From positions 1 to 60,218 of the forward strand of contig JACRCH010000139.1 in the NCBI GenBank assembly GCA_016219115.1: 60,218 nucleotides of DNA, written 5' to 3'. The stretch comes from Deltaproteobacteria bacterium. GTDB lineage: Bacteria > Desulfobacterota > GWC2-55-46. The notes below the pieces were generated by a model. That model saw only the letters and a list, made by a program, of their open reading frames with translations. It made no database searches and was not told the origin of the DNA. Made by a program: the position numbers and the translations under genes. Below, piece after piece: positions 45,073 to 54,240 of this stretch; positions within the stretch are counted from its first letter, which is position 1, and each line of letters begins with the position of its first letter.

Positions 45073-46296
45073 ATGGAAAACGCTTCTACTAATATTACAA
45101 ACAATAGAGATAAGTTTGGGTTTGTTTTAACACTGTTATTTATAATTATTGAATTTGGCAGACCCATGGATATGATACCTCTACTTAGAACATTACACCT
45201 TGGAATGATATTGGATATTTTATTGGTATTATCGTGGTTAATAAGGGGTAATATAGCGCAAGTAAAAAGTCGACAAACAACCTTTACTTTTCTATTTATC
45301 CTACTTCTTGCGACATATATTGTATTCGCAAGGAATAACTATCGAGCTTATCGAGAGACTAAAACAGTTTTATTATACATGCCCTTCTTTATCTCCGTTA
45401 TTATTTATATTAATTCATTCGAACGACTTAAAAAATTTTTTAATGTATGGATTATTTTAATGGTTTATTTGTCTGTCAAAGGACTACTTGGCAAAGGTAT
45501 TGCGGGCTCCAATTTTCTTAACGACGAAAATGATTTTTCCCTATTGATGGATTTGATGCTTCCTTTTGGCATATTTCTCTTCCTTTTTGAAAAACAGATA
45601 AAAAGAAAAATATTATTATTAGTCGGCTCCATCCTTGTTATCGGAAGCATCGTAGTATCCTTTTCCAGGGGCGGTTTTGTTGGATTGTTGTTTGTTTTTA
45701 TGGTCGCATGGTTATTCAGTCCTAAGAAAATTGCCTCGCTTATGATCGTTGGTATTCTCGTTGGCGCATTATATTTTTTAGGCAGTCATACATATTGGAA
45801 TGAAATGCGCACAATAAGCGATCCAGAAGAGTCAACAACCAAACAAAGGATTGAGCAATGGACGTCTGCATGGCATATGTTTCTGGATAAACCATTAGGC
45901 GTTGGTGGTGAAAATTATCCAGTATGGTATCCGGATTATCAAAATCCTGACATAAAAAGATCAATGTGGGGAAGGGAAGCTCATTCCTTGTGGTTTACCC
46001 TGCTTCCTGAATTAGGAATCTTTGGAGTCATAATCTATTTCTCATTGATATATTACAATCTACGGGATATTTTTTCGATTATTAAATTAAAATACAGAAC
46101 TGACGAAAATTTAAGATATGCTTATTATCTTTCTCTGGCGCTCCTGGCCAGCTTGGCAGGCTTTTTCTCCGCAGGCTCATTCATATCGGTATTGTACTAT
46201 CCGCATTTTTTTTATCTGACAGCCATGACTGTAGCAATAAAGAAGATAGTTGACCGATCGATCGTTGATAAGGAACGTTTAACAAGACACGGCTAA
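45073..46296 (+). CDS. O-antigen-ligase-like / Wzy-type polymerase
   Basis: Polytopic, with a Wzy_C-like loop SFSRGGFVGLL ... REAHSLWFTLLPELGIFGV. Confidence 0.7.
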   Translation: MENASTNITNNRDKFGFVLTLLFIIIEFGRPMDMIPLLRTLHLGMILDILLVLSWLIRGNIAQVKSRQTTFTFLFILLLATYIVFARNNYRAYRETKTVLLYMPFFISVIIYINSFERLKKFFNVWIILMVYLSVKGLLGKGIAGSNFLNDENDFSLLMDLMLPFGIFLFLFEKQIKRKILLLVGSILVIGSIVVSFSRGGFVGLLFVFMVAWLFSPKKIASLMIVGILVGALYFLGSHTYWNEMRTISDPEESTTKQRIEQWTSAWHMFLDKPLGVGGENYPVWYPDYQNPDIKRSMWGREAHSLWFTLLPELGIFGVIIYFSLIYYNLRDIFSIIKLKYRTDENLRYAYYLSLALLASLAGFFSAGSFISVLYYPHFFYLTAMTVAIKKIVDRSIVDKERLTRHG

Positions 46297-46352
46297 TGTT
46301 TAAGAAATATTCTTAGGTAGCTATATTACCCCTTGTGAAAGGAAAAACAATT

Positions 46353-47675
46353 ATGAAAGTCGTACTAGTTCAGGTAAATAAAAAAAATGGTATTGATAAA
46401 ACATCCCATCCACATGCTGGATTAGCATATCTCGGGGCTTATTCCCTAAACAGAGGATATGAGACTATTGCCATAGATGCAAAATATGAAGGAATAGATA
46501 ATAATGAGGTATTAAATCGAATTTTAAAAATAAAGCCGTTTATATTAGGGCTTACAATAAGAACCCCCGATGTAAAAGAATGCGAAAAAATTGCGGCTAT
46601 CGTGAAAAATAAAACACCTGATACAAAGATTATAGTGGGAGGAGCTCATGTTACTGGCATTCAGGAAAGAGTTTTGAAAGAATGCACTTATTTTGATATA
46701 GGTGTTATAGGCGAAGGGGAGCAAACTTTTTGTGAGTTGTTAGATATGCTAAAAAGCAATGATTCCAATTTACAGAATATCAAAGGAATTTTATACCGAA
46801 ATAATAACAATATTATTAAAACTCCATCTAGGGATTATATTATAGATATGGATTCATTATTATTTCCCGCCTGGCAATTATTCCCAAGTGGAAGTGATAT
46901 AACATTATTCACTTCAAGAGGATGTCCTTTCTCATGTAGCTTTTGCCAAAGGGTGATGGGCCAGAAGGTCAGAACAACGAGTCCAGCAAGAGTAATTGCA
47001 GAAATGAAAAGGAACATCAGTGATTTCAATGCTACCTTTTTCCAAATAGAAGATGAGGTTTTCGGAATTAATAAAAAGTGGATCAACGAATTATTGGATC
47101 TAATAATTAAAGACGGTATTAATCGACAGGTTAAGTGGATTGCAAATTCAAGAGTTAATGTTGCGAATATTGATATTTATAAAAAAATGAAAGAGGCTGG
47201 ATGCATTGGATTAGGATTTGGCGTGGAATCTGGAAATCAAAAAATATTAGATTCGGTTGATAAAGGTGTGACATTAGAACAGGCATATAATGCAATAAAT
47301 ATTGCGAAGAAGGCTGGATTGCAGACCCATACTTTTTTTATTTTAGGCCATCCGTGGGAAACAAAAGAAACCTTAAGAGATACAATAAATTTTGCATGCA
47401 AATTGAATCCTTACAGCATCGCCTTTGGCATGATGATCCCATATCCAGGCACTAAAATACACACTATGGCAAAAAAGGGTGAGGGGGGGTATAAGGGGTT
47501 CCATGAAGATTGGGAGCTATATACTAAATACTTTGGCAAAGGACTGGAATTGGAGGGCTTAAACAGGTCAACTTTAGAAAGATATCAAAAACAAGCTTAT
47601 GTTGAGTTTTATTTGAGAAATTTTCGGTTTTTAGATTTTTTTAAATTTGTATTCTCATATCTCAAGCAAAAGTGA
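46353..47675 (+). CDS. B12-binding-domain radical SAM enzyme
   Basis: N-terminal B12-like Rossmann segment, then CPFSCSFC (CX3CX2C). ATG 46353 (the ORF opens at GTG 46335). Confidence 0.8.
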   Translation: MKVVLVQVNKKNGIDKTSHPHAGLAYLGAYSLNRGYETIAIDAKYEGIDNNEVLNRILKIKPFILGLTIRTPDVKECEKIAAIVKNKTPDTKIIVGGAHVTGIQERVLKECTYFDIGVIGEGEQTFCELLDMLKSNDSNLQNIKGILYRNNNNIIKTPSRDYIIDMDSLLFPAWQLFPSGSDITLFTSRGCPFSCSFCQRVMGQKVRTTSPARVIAEMKRNISDFNATFFQIEDEVFGINKKWINELLDLIIKDGINRQVKWIANSRVNVANIDIYKKMKEAGCIGLGFGVESGNQKILDSVDKGVTLEQAYNAINIAKKAGLQTHTFFILGHPWETKETLRDTINFACKLNPYSIAFGMMIPYPGTKIHTMAKKGEGGYKGFHEDWELYTKYFGKGLELEGLNRSTLERYQKQAYVEFYLRNFRFLDFFKFVFSYLKQK

Positions 47676-47679
47676 ACCT

Positions 47680-47706
47680 CCGCCGACAGGAGTCGGTGGT
47701 TTCTTT
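47680..47706 (+). terminator. intrinsic terminator candidate after the radical SAM gene
   Basis: Stem CCGCCGAC (47680-47687) / GTCGGTGG (47692-47699) with one G-U pair, loop AGGA, then TTTCTTT. Confidence 0.5.
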
Positions 47707-47763
47707 AGCTACGGCGTATGTTGATCAGTTTTCAATCGTTATTTTAAGGAAGGAAAGATAATT

Positions 47764-48507
47764 ATGGTATCTACAAATCGATGGCATAAAGCACAGAAAC
47801 ATGAAAGAGATTATTGGCAAAAAAAGGCTGCTCGAATCGCCTATGGGAGCACAGAGCAATTAAATTGGTATGCATGGAAGGCTGTCGAAATGGAGAAACG
47901 ATTACAAGGCCATCTAAATGAAGAACATAAACAATCTGCAAAAATTTTAGAGATTGGTAGTGGGCCAATAGGAATTGTTACTTTTTTGAAATGGGGTGAA
48001 CGCTATACCATCGACCCTCTGGAAGATTTTTATAAATCAAATCCTGTATTATCCCACCAGAGGGATTCATCTATTCATTATTGTCAAGGGACTGGTGAAA
48101 AACTTCCGTTCGAGAAAAAATACTTTTCTCTTGTCATTCTTGACAATGTTTTGGATCACGTTAATGAAGCGGAGAGTGTGCTTAAGGAAATTTTTCGGGT
48201 TCTTTCCGATGACGGGGTATTGTATCTAGCCGTCAATGTACATACAAAATTGGGAGGGGTTCTTCATTCTGTTTTATCAAAATTAAAGATTGACAAGGGT
48301 CATCCATATACATTTACTGCAAAGAGTATTCGCAATTTTATTCGTGAGCATCAATTTCTTGTCCAAGCTGAAACAGTTAATGATTATTATTTGGCTCGTG
48401 AAAAAGACAGAAAATCAACTTCGCTGAAAGAGAAGATAAAAGGCTATACAGGTTTATCTGAATTTATTTATTATTCTGTCTGCAAGAAAAGAAGCTCCAC
48501 AGTTTGA
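47764..48507 (+). CDS. class I SAM-dependent methyltransferase
   Basis: ILEIGSGPIGIV and LVILDNVLDHV motifs. RBS AAGGAAGGAAAG upstream. Confidence 0.75.
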   Translation: MVSTNRWHKAQKHERDYWQKKAARIAYGSTEQLNWYAWKAVEMEKRLQGHLNEEHKQSAKILEIGSGPIGIVTFLKWGERYTIDPLEDFYKSNPVLSHQRDSSIHYCQGTGEKLPFEKKYFSLVILDNVLDHVNEAESVLKEIFRVLSDDGVLYLAVNVHTKLGGVLHSVLSKLKIDKGHPYTFTAKSIRNFIREHQFLVQAETVNDYYLAREKDRKSTSLKEKIKGYTGLSEFIYYSVCKKRSSTV

Positions 48508-48513
48508 CTTCGC

Positions 48514-49497
48514 ATGCTTTCACATTACAAACGATCTAATAGAATTTGGATAACATGGGAAAATCAAAGGAGGAATCATACTCTTAGTAAGGCTCTCAAT
48601 GCAAAATTGTTCCAGTTAGATTTCAAGACCAACAGGCCTTTGAGGTATATCCAATCAGCGTACTCGACGCTAATTACGTTTCTCAATGAACGGCCGGACA
48701 CAATTTTTGTGCAGAACCCTTCCTTGGTACTTGCAGCATTGGCCGTAAATTATGGTCGTATCGCCAGGGTACCGGTCGTTGTTGACGCCCATAACGCCGG
48801 GGTCTTCCCTTTTGACGGGAAAAAATGGTGGGCGAACAGATTGGCCGACTATTTGTTCAGACACGCGGCCCTTACGATCGTAACAAATCGAGCCCTCTCG
48901 GAACATATCAAGCAAAGAGGCGGTAAAACCGCGATACTGCCAGACCCACTCCCTGAATTCGGACGGATCGACGCAACAAAACCGTTGATAGGACGGGTCC
49001 ATGTATTATTTATCTGTTCCTTCGCGAGCGATGAGCCTTACATGGAAGTGATAGAGGCGGGAAGGCTGCTAAGCAAGGATATCATCATATACATAACCGG
49101 AAGATACAAAGGCGATGTGAACGGACTAAAGAAGAGTATGCCTGAGAATGTCATTTTAACCGGGTTTTTGCCGGAGCACGACTTCATCCAATTGCTCCAT
49201 TCCGTAGACATAGTCATAGACCTTACCACGCGGGAGGACTGCCTTTTATGCGGCGCTTATGAGGCCGTCTCGGCCGAAAAGGTCCTGATAGTTTCGGCAA
49301 CGAGGGCCTTGAAAGAATACTTTCATAAAGGCACGCTGTATACTCAAAACGACCGTGAAGACCTGGTAAGGCAGATAGAGCGGGCTATCAGCAATAAGGT
49401 CAGCCTTGCCACGGATATCAAGGAACTCAAAAAAGAAAAGACTACAGAGTGGGCCTTGAAAAAGGCTGAATTCGAGGCGGACTTGGAAAAATTCTAA
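48514..49497 (+). CDS. putative glycosyltransferase (GT-B-like), weak call
   Basis: 327-aa ORF, last gene of the + array. Rossmann-like halves (e.g. VHVLFICSFASDEPY, VILTGFLPEHDF). No diagnostic motif identified. Confidence 0.4.
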   Translation: MLSHYKRSNRIWITWENQRRNHTLSKALNAKLFQLDFKTNRPLRYIQSAYSTLITFLNERPDTIFVQNPSLVLAALAVNYGRIARVPVVVDAHNAGVFPFDGKKWWANRLADYLFRHAALTIVTNRALSEHIKQRGGKTAILPDPLPEFGRIDATKPLIGRVHVLFICSFASDEPYMEVIEAGRLLSKDIIIYITGRYKGDVNGLKKSMPENVILTGFLPEHDFIQLLHSVDIVIDLTTREDCLLCGAYEAVSAEKVLIVSATRALKEYFHKGTLYTQNDREDLVRQIERAISNKVSLATDIKELKKEKTTEWALKKAEFEADLEKF

Positions 49498-49543
49498 TCC
49501 GATATGAAAGTTGCAAAAGGGGCATCAAACGCCGAAAAAGCGA

Positions 49544-50845
49544 TCATTGTACGGTAGGCGGCGACGCTGGCGCGGCATTTATTCCGACAAGACTTATATT
49601 CGCACCAACATCCGTTGAATCGCTTGCTGAATGCCGGCCTGGACTGCTTGGTTGTAATGTAAAATCGTTGTTTGTATAATTTCTAAAGTTTGGCGATTGT
49701 TGAATATTGCCTGTTCCCGTTAAAGGCGCTGTTGCTGTTGTATAGTAACTACTTAAAACTCGTATGGGAGAACTATAACTGTCTGAATAAATAAGATTAT
49801 GATCAAACGTGGTGTTGCTACTGTCTGATGAATAATATGCATAAACGGCAACTCCTCTTAAGGAAGGCGAAGTAAAATTATATATAAGATTATCCCTAAC
49901 AACCGTGTTCTTGGCTCCTTCACAAAGAGTTGACCTGTCTAAAACAATACTACCGCCTCCTGTACGGACTACAGTATTATGTAAAATTTGCATGTCTACA
50001 GATATTAAATTAGCACATATATTGCTTTCTTCAAAAACCAATACTCCTATTCCCGTAACATCTCTTACCACATTATTTCTGAATATGATTCCTCTATGAT
50101 TGAGGTTCACGCCCCATCTGGTTTGATTATAAATCAAGTTATTTTCAATCGTTGTGATGTTTGAATTGTCATACCCGGATTTCCAATAAATACCAATATT
50201 AGTATCATGTATTTCATTATTTTTAATAGTTACAGTAAGACTATAAGCAACAAATAGTCCGCTCGCATTATTATGATACCCTTGAACCCCGTGTAAATGA
50301 TTATTTTCAATTATGATATTATCCGAACCTGTCCCAAGTAATACATGACCACTGTTGTCATTAGCGACAAAATCTTGCATATCACAGTTCCTGATTGTGA
50401 TATCGTGAGTTGAGCCCGCATGATTATATGATATGTAAACATTTGCAGTAGCCCCTCTTTTAATTGTAAGCCCGTCAAGAGTTATATAACTGACACCATC
50501 TATATCAAATACTGGCCTCCGCCCATCGGCTACACTTGACCCCATACCGTCAATCACGGCCGTTTCCCCTGTATACCCCTTGATCGTGATGGGGCTTCCA
50601 GAGCTTCCAGAGTTGGAAAACTTGATCATGTATTCAGAGTACGTTCCGCCGCGGACATACGCCGTGTCCCCGGCCACCATTGTGGTTGCCGCTTTCTGCA
50701 CGGTCTTCCACGGCAGTGTCAATGTCCCTGAATTCGAATCGCTACCGGTGGTGGAGACATAGTAGTCGGTCGAATGCGCGGCTATCGGATAGAGCAAGAA
50801 TACGATGAAGAGAACGCTGATGGTTTTCTTATATGTATTCCACAT
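49544..50845 (-). CDS. secreted right-handed parallel beta-helix protein (pectate-lyase fold)
   Basis: ATG 50845 with AAAGGAG 8 nt upstream. Signal peptide MWNTYKKTISVLFIVFLLYPIAAHS, a DYYVSTTGSDSNSGT entry and repeated ..I.NN.I.. PbH1-type turns. Confidence 0.75.
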   Translation of the reverse strand: MWNTYKKTISVLFIVFLLYPIAAHSTDYYVSTTGSDSNSGTLTLPWKTVQKAATTMVAGDTAYVRGGTYSEYMIKFSNSGSSGSPITIKGYTGETAVIDGMGSSVADGRRPVFDIDGVSYITLDGLTIKRGATANVYISYNHAGSTHDITIRNCDMQDFVANDNSGHVLLGTGSDNIIIENNHLHGVQGYHNNASGLFVAYSLTVTIKNNEIHDTNIGIYWKSGYDNSNITTIENNLIYNQTRWGVNLNHRGIIFRNNVVRDVTGIGVLVFEESNICANLISVDMQILHNTVVRTGGGSIVLDRSTLCEGAKNTVVRDNLIYNFTSPSLRGVAVYAYYSSDSSNTTFDHNLIYSDSYSSPIRVLSSYYTTATAPLTGTGNIQQSPNFRNYTNNDFTLQPSSPGRHSASDSTDVGANISLVGINAAPASPPTVQ

Positions 50846-50911
50846 TTTAAATTCTCCTTTGATTGACATCACTTGACCGTCAGATCGGATGGCGGATTCG
50901 GCGCCACGTTG

Positions 50912-51760
50912 TCAATGCAGTTGATCCGCTTTGTCGAGATAACGCGACTGCTCCGCCGGTGAGCCGCTGTTCCAGTAGGTTTCAAGGAATATAGAGTTAA
51001 TCCCGTACCCCGCCCAATCTTTGACCCAATTCAGGTCCTGCCTGCCCGCCTCCAGCTTCCCGTTTATCCAGTACTCAAAGACGCCGTCTGAAGAGCCTGT
51101 TGAGTTGAGCTTCACATGCGTCTCTATGCAATACCATTGTCCCGCGCTCAAGGGGGTTATTCCCTTTTTATACCCCAGCCATGAAAGATTGTCAAAGTCA
51201 TTCCATTTGGTGGTCGCAAGCCTGCTGTTGGAATCTATGCCGCTCGCCGGGTCGATCATGAGGTATTCTCTCTGGTCGGTGCTGGCCCATAGATGCGCTA
51301 TCATCGCCTGTTGCCAGTTCGCGCCCGCGAATACGGTGGCGCGGGTAAGCTTGTCAGGATAACCGGAGAATCCGTCCTGCAACTTTATATAGAAGCGCCA
51401 GTATATCTCTCGAAAGTCCGTATCGGCGTTGCCCTGTGTGCCTATGGGGTTCCTACCGAAGTTATACATTAAGTGGCCTACGTCCACTTCCCCCGCCTTC
51501 CACCTGGCCCTGAGAGAGTAATCGCCATTAAAGCTGTCGCTGTTGGACCTCTCAAAGCCTCCGTTCACGTCGTTAAATTCATAGTACTTGTCCTGCAGAG
51601 GCGTAGCGTCCTCAAAATCATCGCACCAGATAACGGCCGGGTCTTGATTTGCCCCGCCGGGGCACATGGCCTCGGTTGCCTGTGCTGGAGCTACGTTGAC
51701 CATGCAGGCGCCTGAACCGAGCAAGAGAGCAAGCCACTTATATATCTTACCTGACAGCAT
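50912..51760 (-). CDS. secreted concanavalin-like polysaccharide-lyase-type protein (weak)
   Basis: Signal peptide ...NVAPAQA. The pattern ...[30 protein letters not shown]... recalls the Polysacc_lyase (PF14099-like) fold. Overlaps the upstream gene by 14 nt. Confidence 0.45.
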   Translation of the reverse strand: MLSGKIYKWLALLLGSGACMVNVAPAQATEAMCPGGANQDPAVIWCDDFEDATPLQDKYYEFNDVNGGFERSNSDSFNGDYSLRARWKAGEVDVGHLMYNFGRNPIGTQGNADTDFREIYWRFYIKLQDGFSGYPDKLTRATVFAGANWQQAMIAHLWASTDQREYLMIDPASGIDSNSRLATTKWNDFDNLSWLGYKKGITPLSAGQWYCIETHVKLNSTGSSDGVFEYWINGKLEAGRQDLNWVKDWAGYGINSIFLETYWNSGSPAEQSRYLDKADQLH

Positions 51761-53594
51761 TGCCGTATAGTCTCTTTCTTGTCTTTAGATAGAACGCGGC
51801 TCCCATGAATACTACCAGTATAATCGCCGACTGGTAAGGGAATTCCACCGTAAGGACGATCGGGGTGATCATAATCCTTGTCGCCGTCCTCAACGCCTCG
51901 TGCCTTGCGATATAGTCGGCTATCGGAGGAGAGGTCCTGTAGTACAGGGCTACGAAGGCCTTTCCGGGCGCGTTTGTGAGCAGGTAGTTGTCCCTGAACC
52001 TTCTTAACGCCATTACGTGCGAGTCAAGGTAGCTTCCGTAGGCCGCGGTGGCTATGAAGCATCCGCCGCCCCCGCCGCCGCTCCCGCCGGAGCCGCCTGA
52101 TACGCTTGAACCGCTGGCGCTGTTCGCGATCGTGACCGTGATGGAGGACGTCGCTGTCGCGCCCAGGTTGTCAGTGACCCTCACCGTGACCGTGTATGAG
52201 CCTGCGGTGCTATAGGTATAGGATACGGGGTTGCTCGTCGTGCTGGCGTCAAATGTCCCGTTCCCGTCAAAGTCCCACTCATAGAGCGCTATAGACCCGT
52301 CCGGATCCGACGCCGTAGCAGAGAAGGTTATCGCTGACGAGACAGACCCTGACGACGGAGAGGCGCTTATTGAGGAGATAACCGGCGCCAGGTTGCCCGG
52401 GGCGTTTACCGTGATGGTGGAGATGTTGGATACCACCGATAACCCGCCGCTGTCCGTCACCCGCACCTTCGGGCTGTACGTGCCGGCGTTCGTATATGTA
52501 TACGTAGCGCTGGCCACCGTCGCGGTATTGGAGTCGTACACCCCGTCGCCGTCAAAATCCCACTCATAGCTTGCGATATAACCGTCCGAATCAGTTGCCG
52601 TCGCGCTGAAGCTGACCGTTACCGGCGAGGTCCCGCTCGTGGTGCTCGCGGATGAGGCTGTTATGGCCGGGGCGACATTTGAAGTCGTAAAGATGTAATT
52701 TGAGGATACGGCCTCGTTGCCGGAGGCGTCCTTTGACCTGACCCTGAAATCATACAGGGATTTGCCGGCGAGCCCTGTTATGACTACCGAATGCGTTGTG
52801 ACGAGGTTGGAGTCGAGGGTTGTCGAATAGCCGTATGACGTCGTAAGCCCGTAGTTGACCTGTGACGTCGATGCCTCGTTCGTCGTCCATGTGACGGTGG
52901 CTGTGTCGTTCGTCACCGAGGCGACAACCACGTTGGAGATTACAGGAGCCGTCGTGTCGGCCGCCGCCGAGGTCGTGAATGTATAGTTCGATGATGTCGC
53001 GAGGTTGCCGGAGGCGTCCCTGCTTAAAACCCTGTAGTAATATATCGTGGAGGCGGAAAGCCCGGATATGGTCTGGCTGTGGCTTGTCGCAAGCTGGGTG
53101 TTAAGCGTCGTGGAATTGCCTAAAGAAGAGGTCGTGCCCCACTGCACCTGCGTGTCCGAGGCCTCGTTGGTCGTCCAGGCGACGGTAGCGCCTGTCGTGC
53201 TTATGTTGTTGCTGTAAACTCCGCTTATTACAGGGGCCGTGGTATCGGAACCGGCGACGGTTTTGCTGACCTCTGTGGAATAGCCGCTCTCATTACCAGC
53301 CGTGTCATAGGCCGTAACGGAAAAATAATATGTCCCGCCGTCCGTAAGGCTGGCTACCTGGTAGGTCATCACGTTGCCTACGTTTATGGTCTGCGTGTAG
53401 TTGCCCGTTGACGTCCCGTAATACACCTTATAGCCCGCGAGGTCGGTAAGAGCGGTGCCGTCGGCATTGGTGGTGGGGGCTGTCCAGGAAAGCGTGGCGG
53501 TGCCTGCGAATACGGCGGAGGAATTGAGGCATATGAACAGAAAAAGCGTCAATCCCGTTATATATGTGAGAAATTTGCTCATATTTTTTAACAT
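51747..53594 (-). CDS. secreted 3x Fn3 + 2x PKD protein with Gly-linker and [11 protein letters not shown]-terminal module
   Basis: Signal peptide, three Fn3-like repeats and two PKD repeats (YEWDFDGDG / YEWDFDGNG). The C-terminal part is [23 protein letters not shown]... followed by a TM helix and KTRKR. Confidence 0.8.
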   Translation of the reverse strand: MLKNMSKFLTYITGLTLFLFICLNSSAVFAGTATLSWTAPTTNADGTALTDLAGYKVYYGTSTGNYTQTINVGNVMTYQVASLTDGGTYYFSVTAYDTAGNESGYSTEVSKTVAGSDTTAPVISGVYSNNISTTGATVAWTTNEASDTQVQWGTTSSLGNSTTLNTQLATSHSQTISGLSASTIYYYRVLSRDASGNLATSSNYTFTTSAAADTTAPVISNVVVASVTNDTATVTWTTNEASTSQVNYGLTTSYGYSTTLDSNLVTTHSVVITGLAGKSLYDFRVRSKDASGNEAVSSNYIFTTSNVAPAITASSASTTSGTSPVTVSFSATATDSDGYIASYEWDFDGDGVYDSNTATVASATYTYTNAGTYSPKVRVTDSGGLSVVSNISTITVNAPGNLAPVISSISASPSSGSVSSAITFSATASDPDGSIALYEWDFDGNGTFDASTTSNPVSYTYSTAGSYTVTVRVTDNLGATATSSITVTIANSASGSSVSGGSGGSGGGGGGCFIATAAYGSYLDSHVMALRRFRDNYLLTNAPGKAFVALYYRTSPPIADYIARHEALRTATRIMITPIVLTVEFPYQSAIILVVFMGAAFYLKTRKRLYGNAVR

Positions 53595-53689
53595 ATTCTA
53601 ACCTCGTGATGTCGGTTTAGAAGCAATGGTATCTTTTCAGTATCCTTCCTCTCCTACCCACGAGTATAATGAAACGGCCTCCCTTATGA

Positions 53690-53705
53690 TGTGACAGCCG
53701 TCACA
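53690..53705. promoter_or_regulatory. CRP-type palindrome TGTGA-N6-TCACA
   Basis: TGTGACAGCCGTCACA, with both half-sites perfect. Centred ~103 nt upstream of the ATG at 53594 of the minus-strand operon. Confidence 0.45.
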
Positions 53706-53776
53706 AGCCCTGCAAAATGATCTTTACTGTCGGATTTACTGGAATTGCCCGAATGAGCGTCTGAAATGGAGGCGAT

Positions 53777-53803
53777 AAAAAAATGCGCCCCATAGAGGGG
53801 GCG
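53777..53803 (-). terminator. intrinsic terminator (minus strand)
   Basis: GC stem CGCCCC (53786-53791) / GGGGCG (53798-53803) with a 6-nt loop. On the minus strand it is followed after 2 nt by U7 (A-run 53777-53783). Confidence 0.5.
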
Positions 53804-54046
53804 TCGCTCCACGTTTTTTCAACTGGATTATGCTCTTTACCGGCTCTCTGCAATATTTTCCGGTGGACCGCAACCCAGCAACATTACCCCGATAAATGGG
53901 TGCTGAAAAAGTCTTTTCTTTATATCGGCTACGTGGGCAATTTTTAAAAGATTTTTACAAAAAACCTCCATCCGCCTAATAAAGCGTTGAAAAGGAGCTT
54001 ATCGGGCAATATACACCCAAAGATGATCAAATATTGACTTTGATAG

Positions 54047-54082
54047 AAAATATGGACCGGATATTATCCCGGTCCATATTTT
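54047..54082. other. perfect 14-bp stem-loop with A4/T4 flanks built in
   Basis: AAAATATGGACCGG (54047-54060), loop ATATTATC, CCGGTCCATATTTT (54069-54082). Non-coding. Confidence 0.7.
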
Positions 54083-54165
54083 CTATCCCGCCTTCCCGTA
54101 TAAAACCGCGAAGTGCAACGCAGGGAATCACGGCTTATAAATGCATGTTCCAGCGAATCTGCGTT

Positions 54166-54205
54166 GCACAAAAAAGAAAAGCCCGCATTTGGTATACGGG
54201 CTTTT
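54166..54205 (-). terminator. intrinsic terminator of the PEP-CTERM gene
   Basis: Stem AAAAGCCCG (54177-54185) / CGGGCTTTT (54197-54205). On the minus strand it is followed by TTTTCTTTTTT. It starts 36 nt after the stop at 54241. Confidence 0.65.
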
Positions 54206-54240
54206 CACTTTAATTCATTATTCTCATCGGTTGCACTTGA

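Noticed and set aside
52063-52097. GC-rich simple tract (encodes [13 protein letters not shown]) as a phase-variation site
   Set aside because: The tract is an imperfect GGC/GGA/GGG codon mix rather than a homopolymer or perfect repeat. It is read as a flexible linker.
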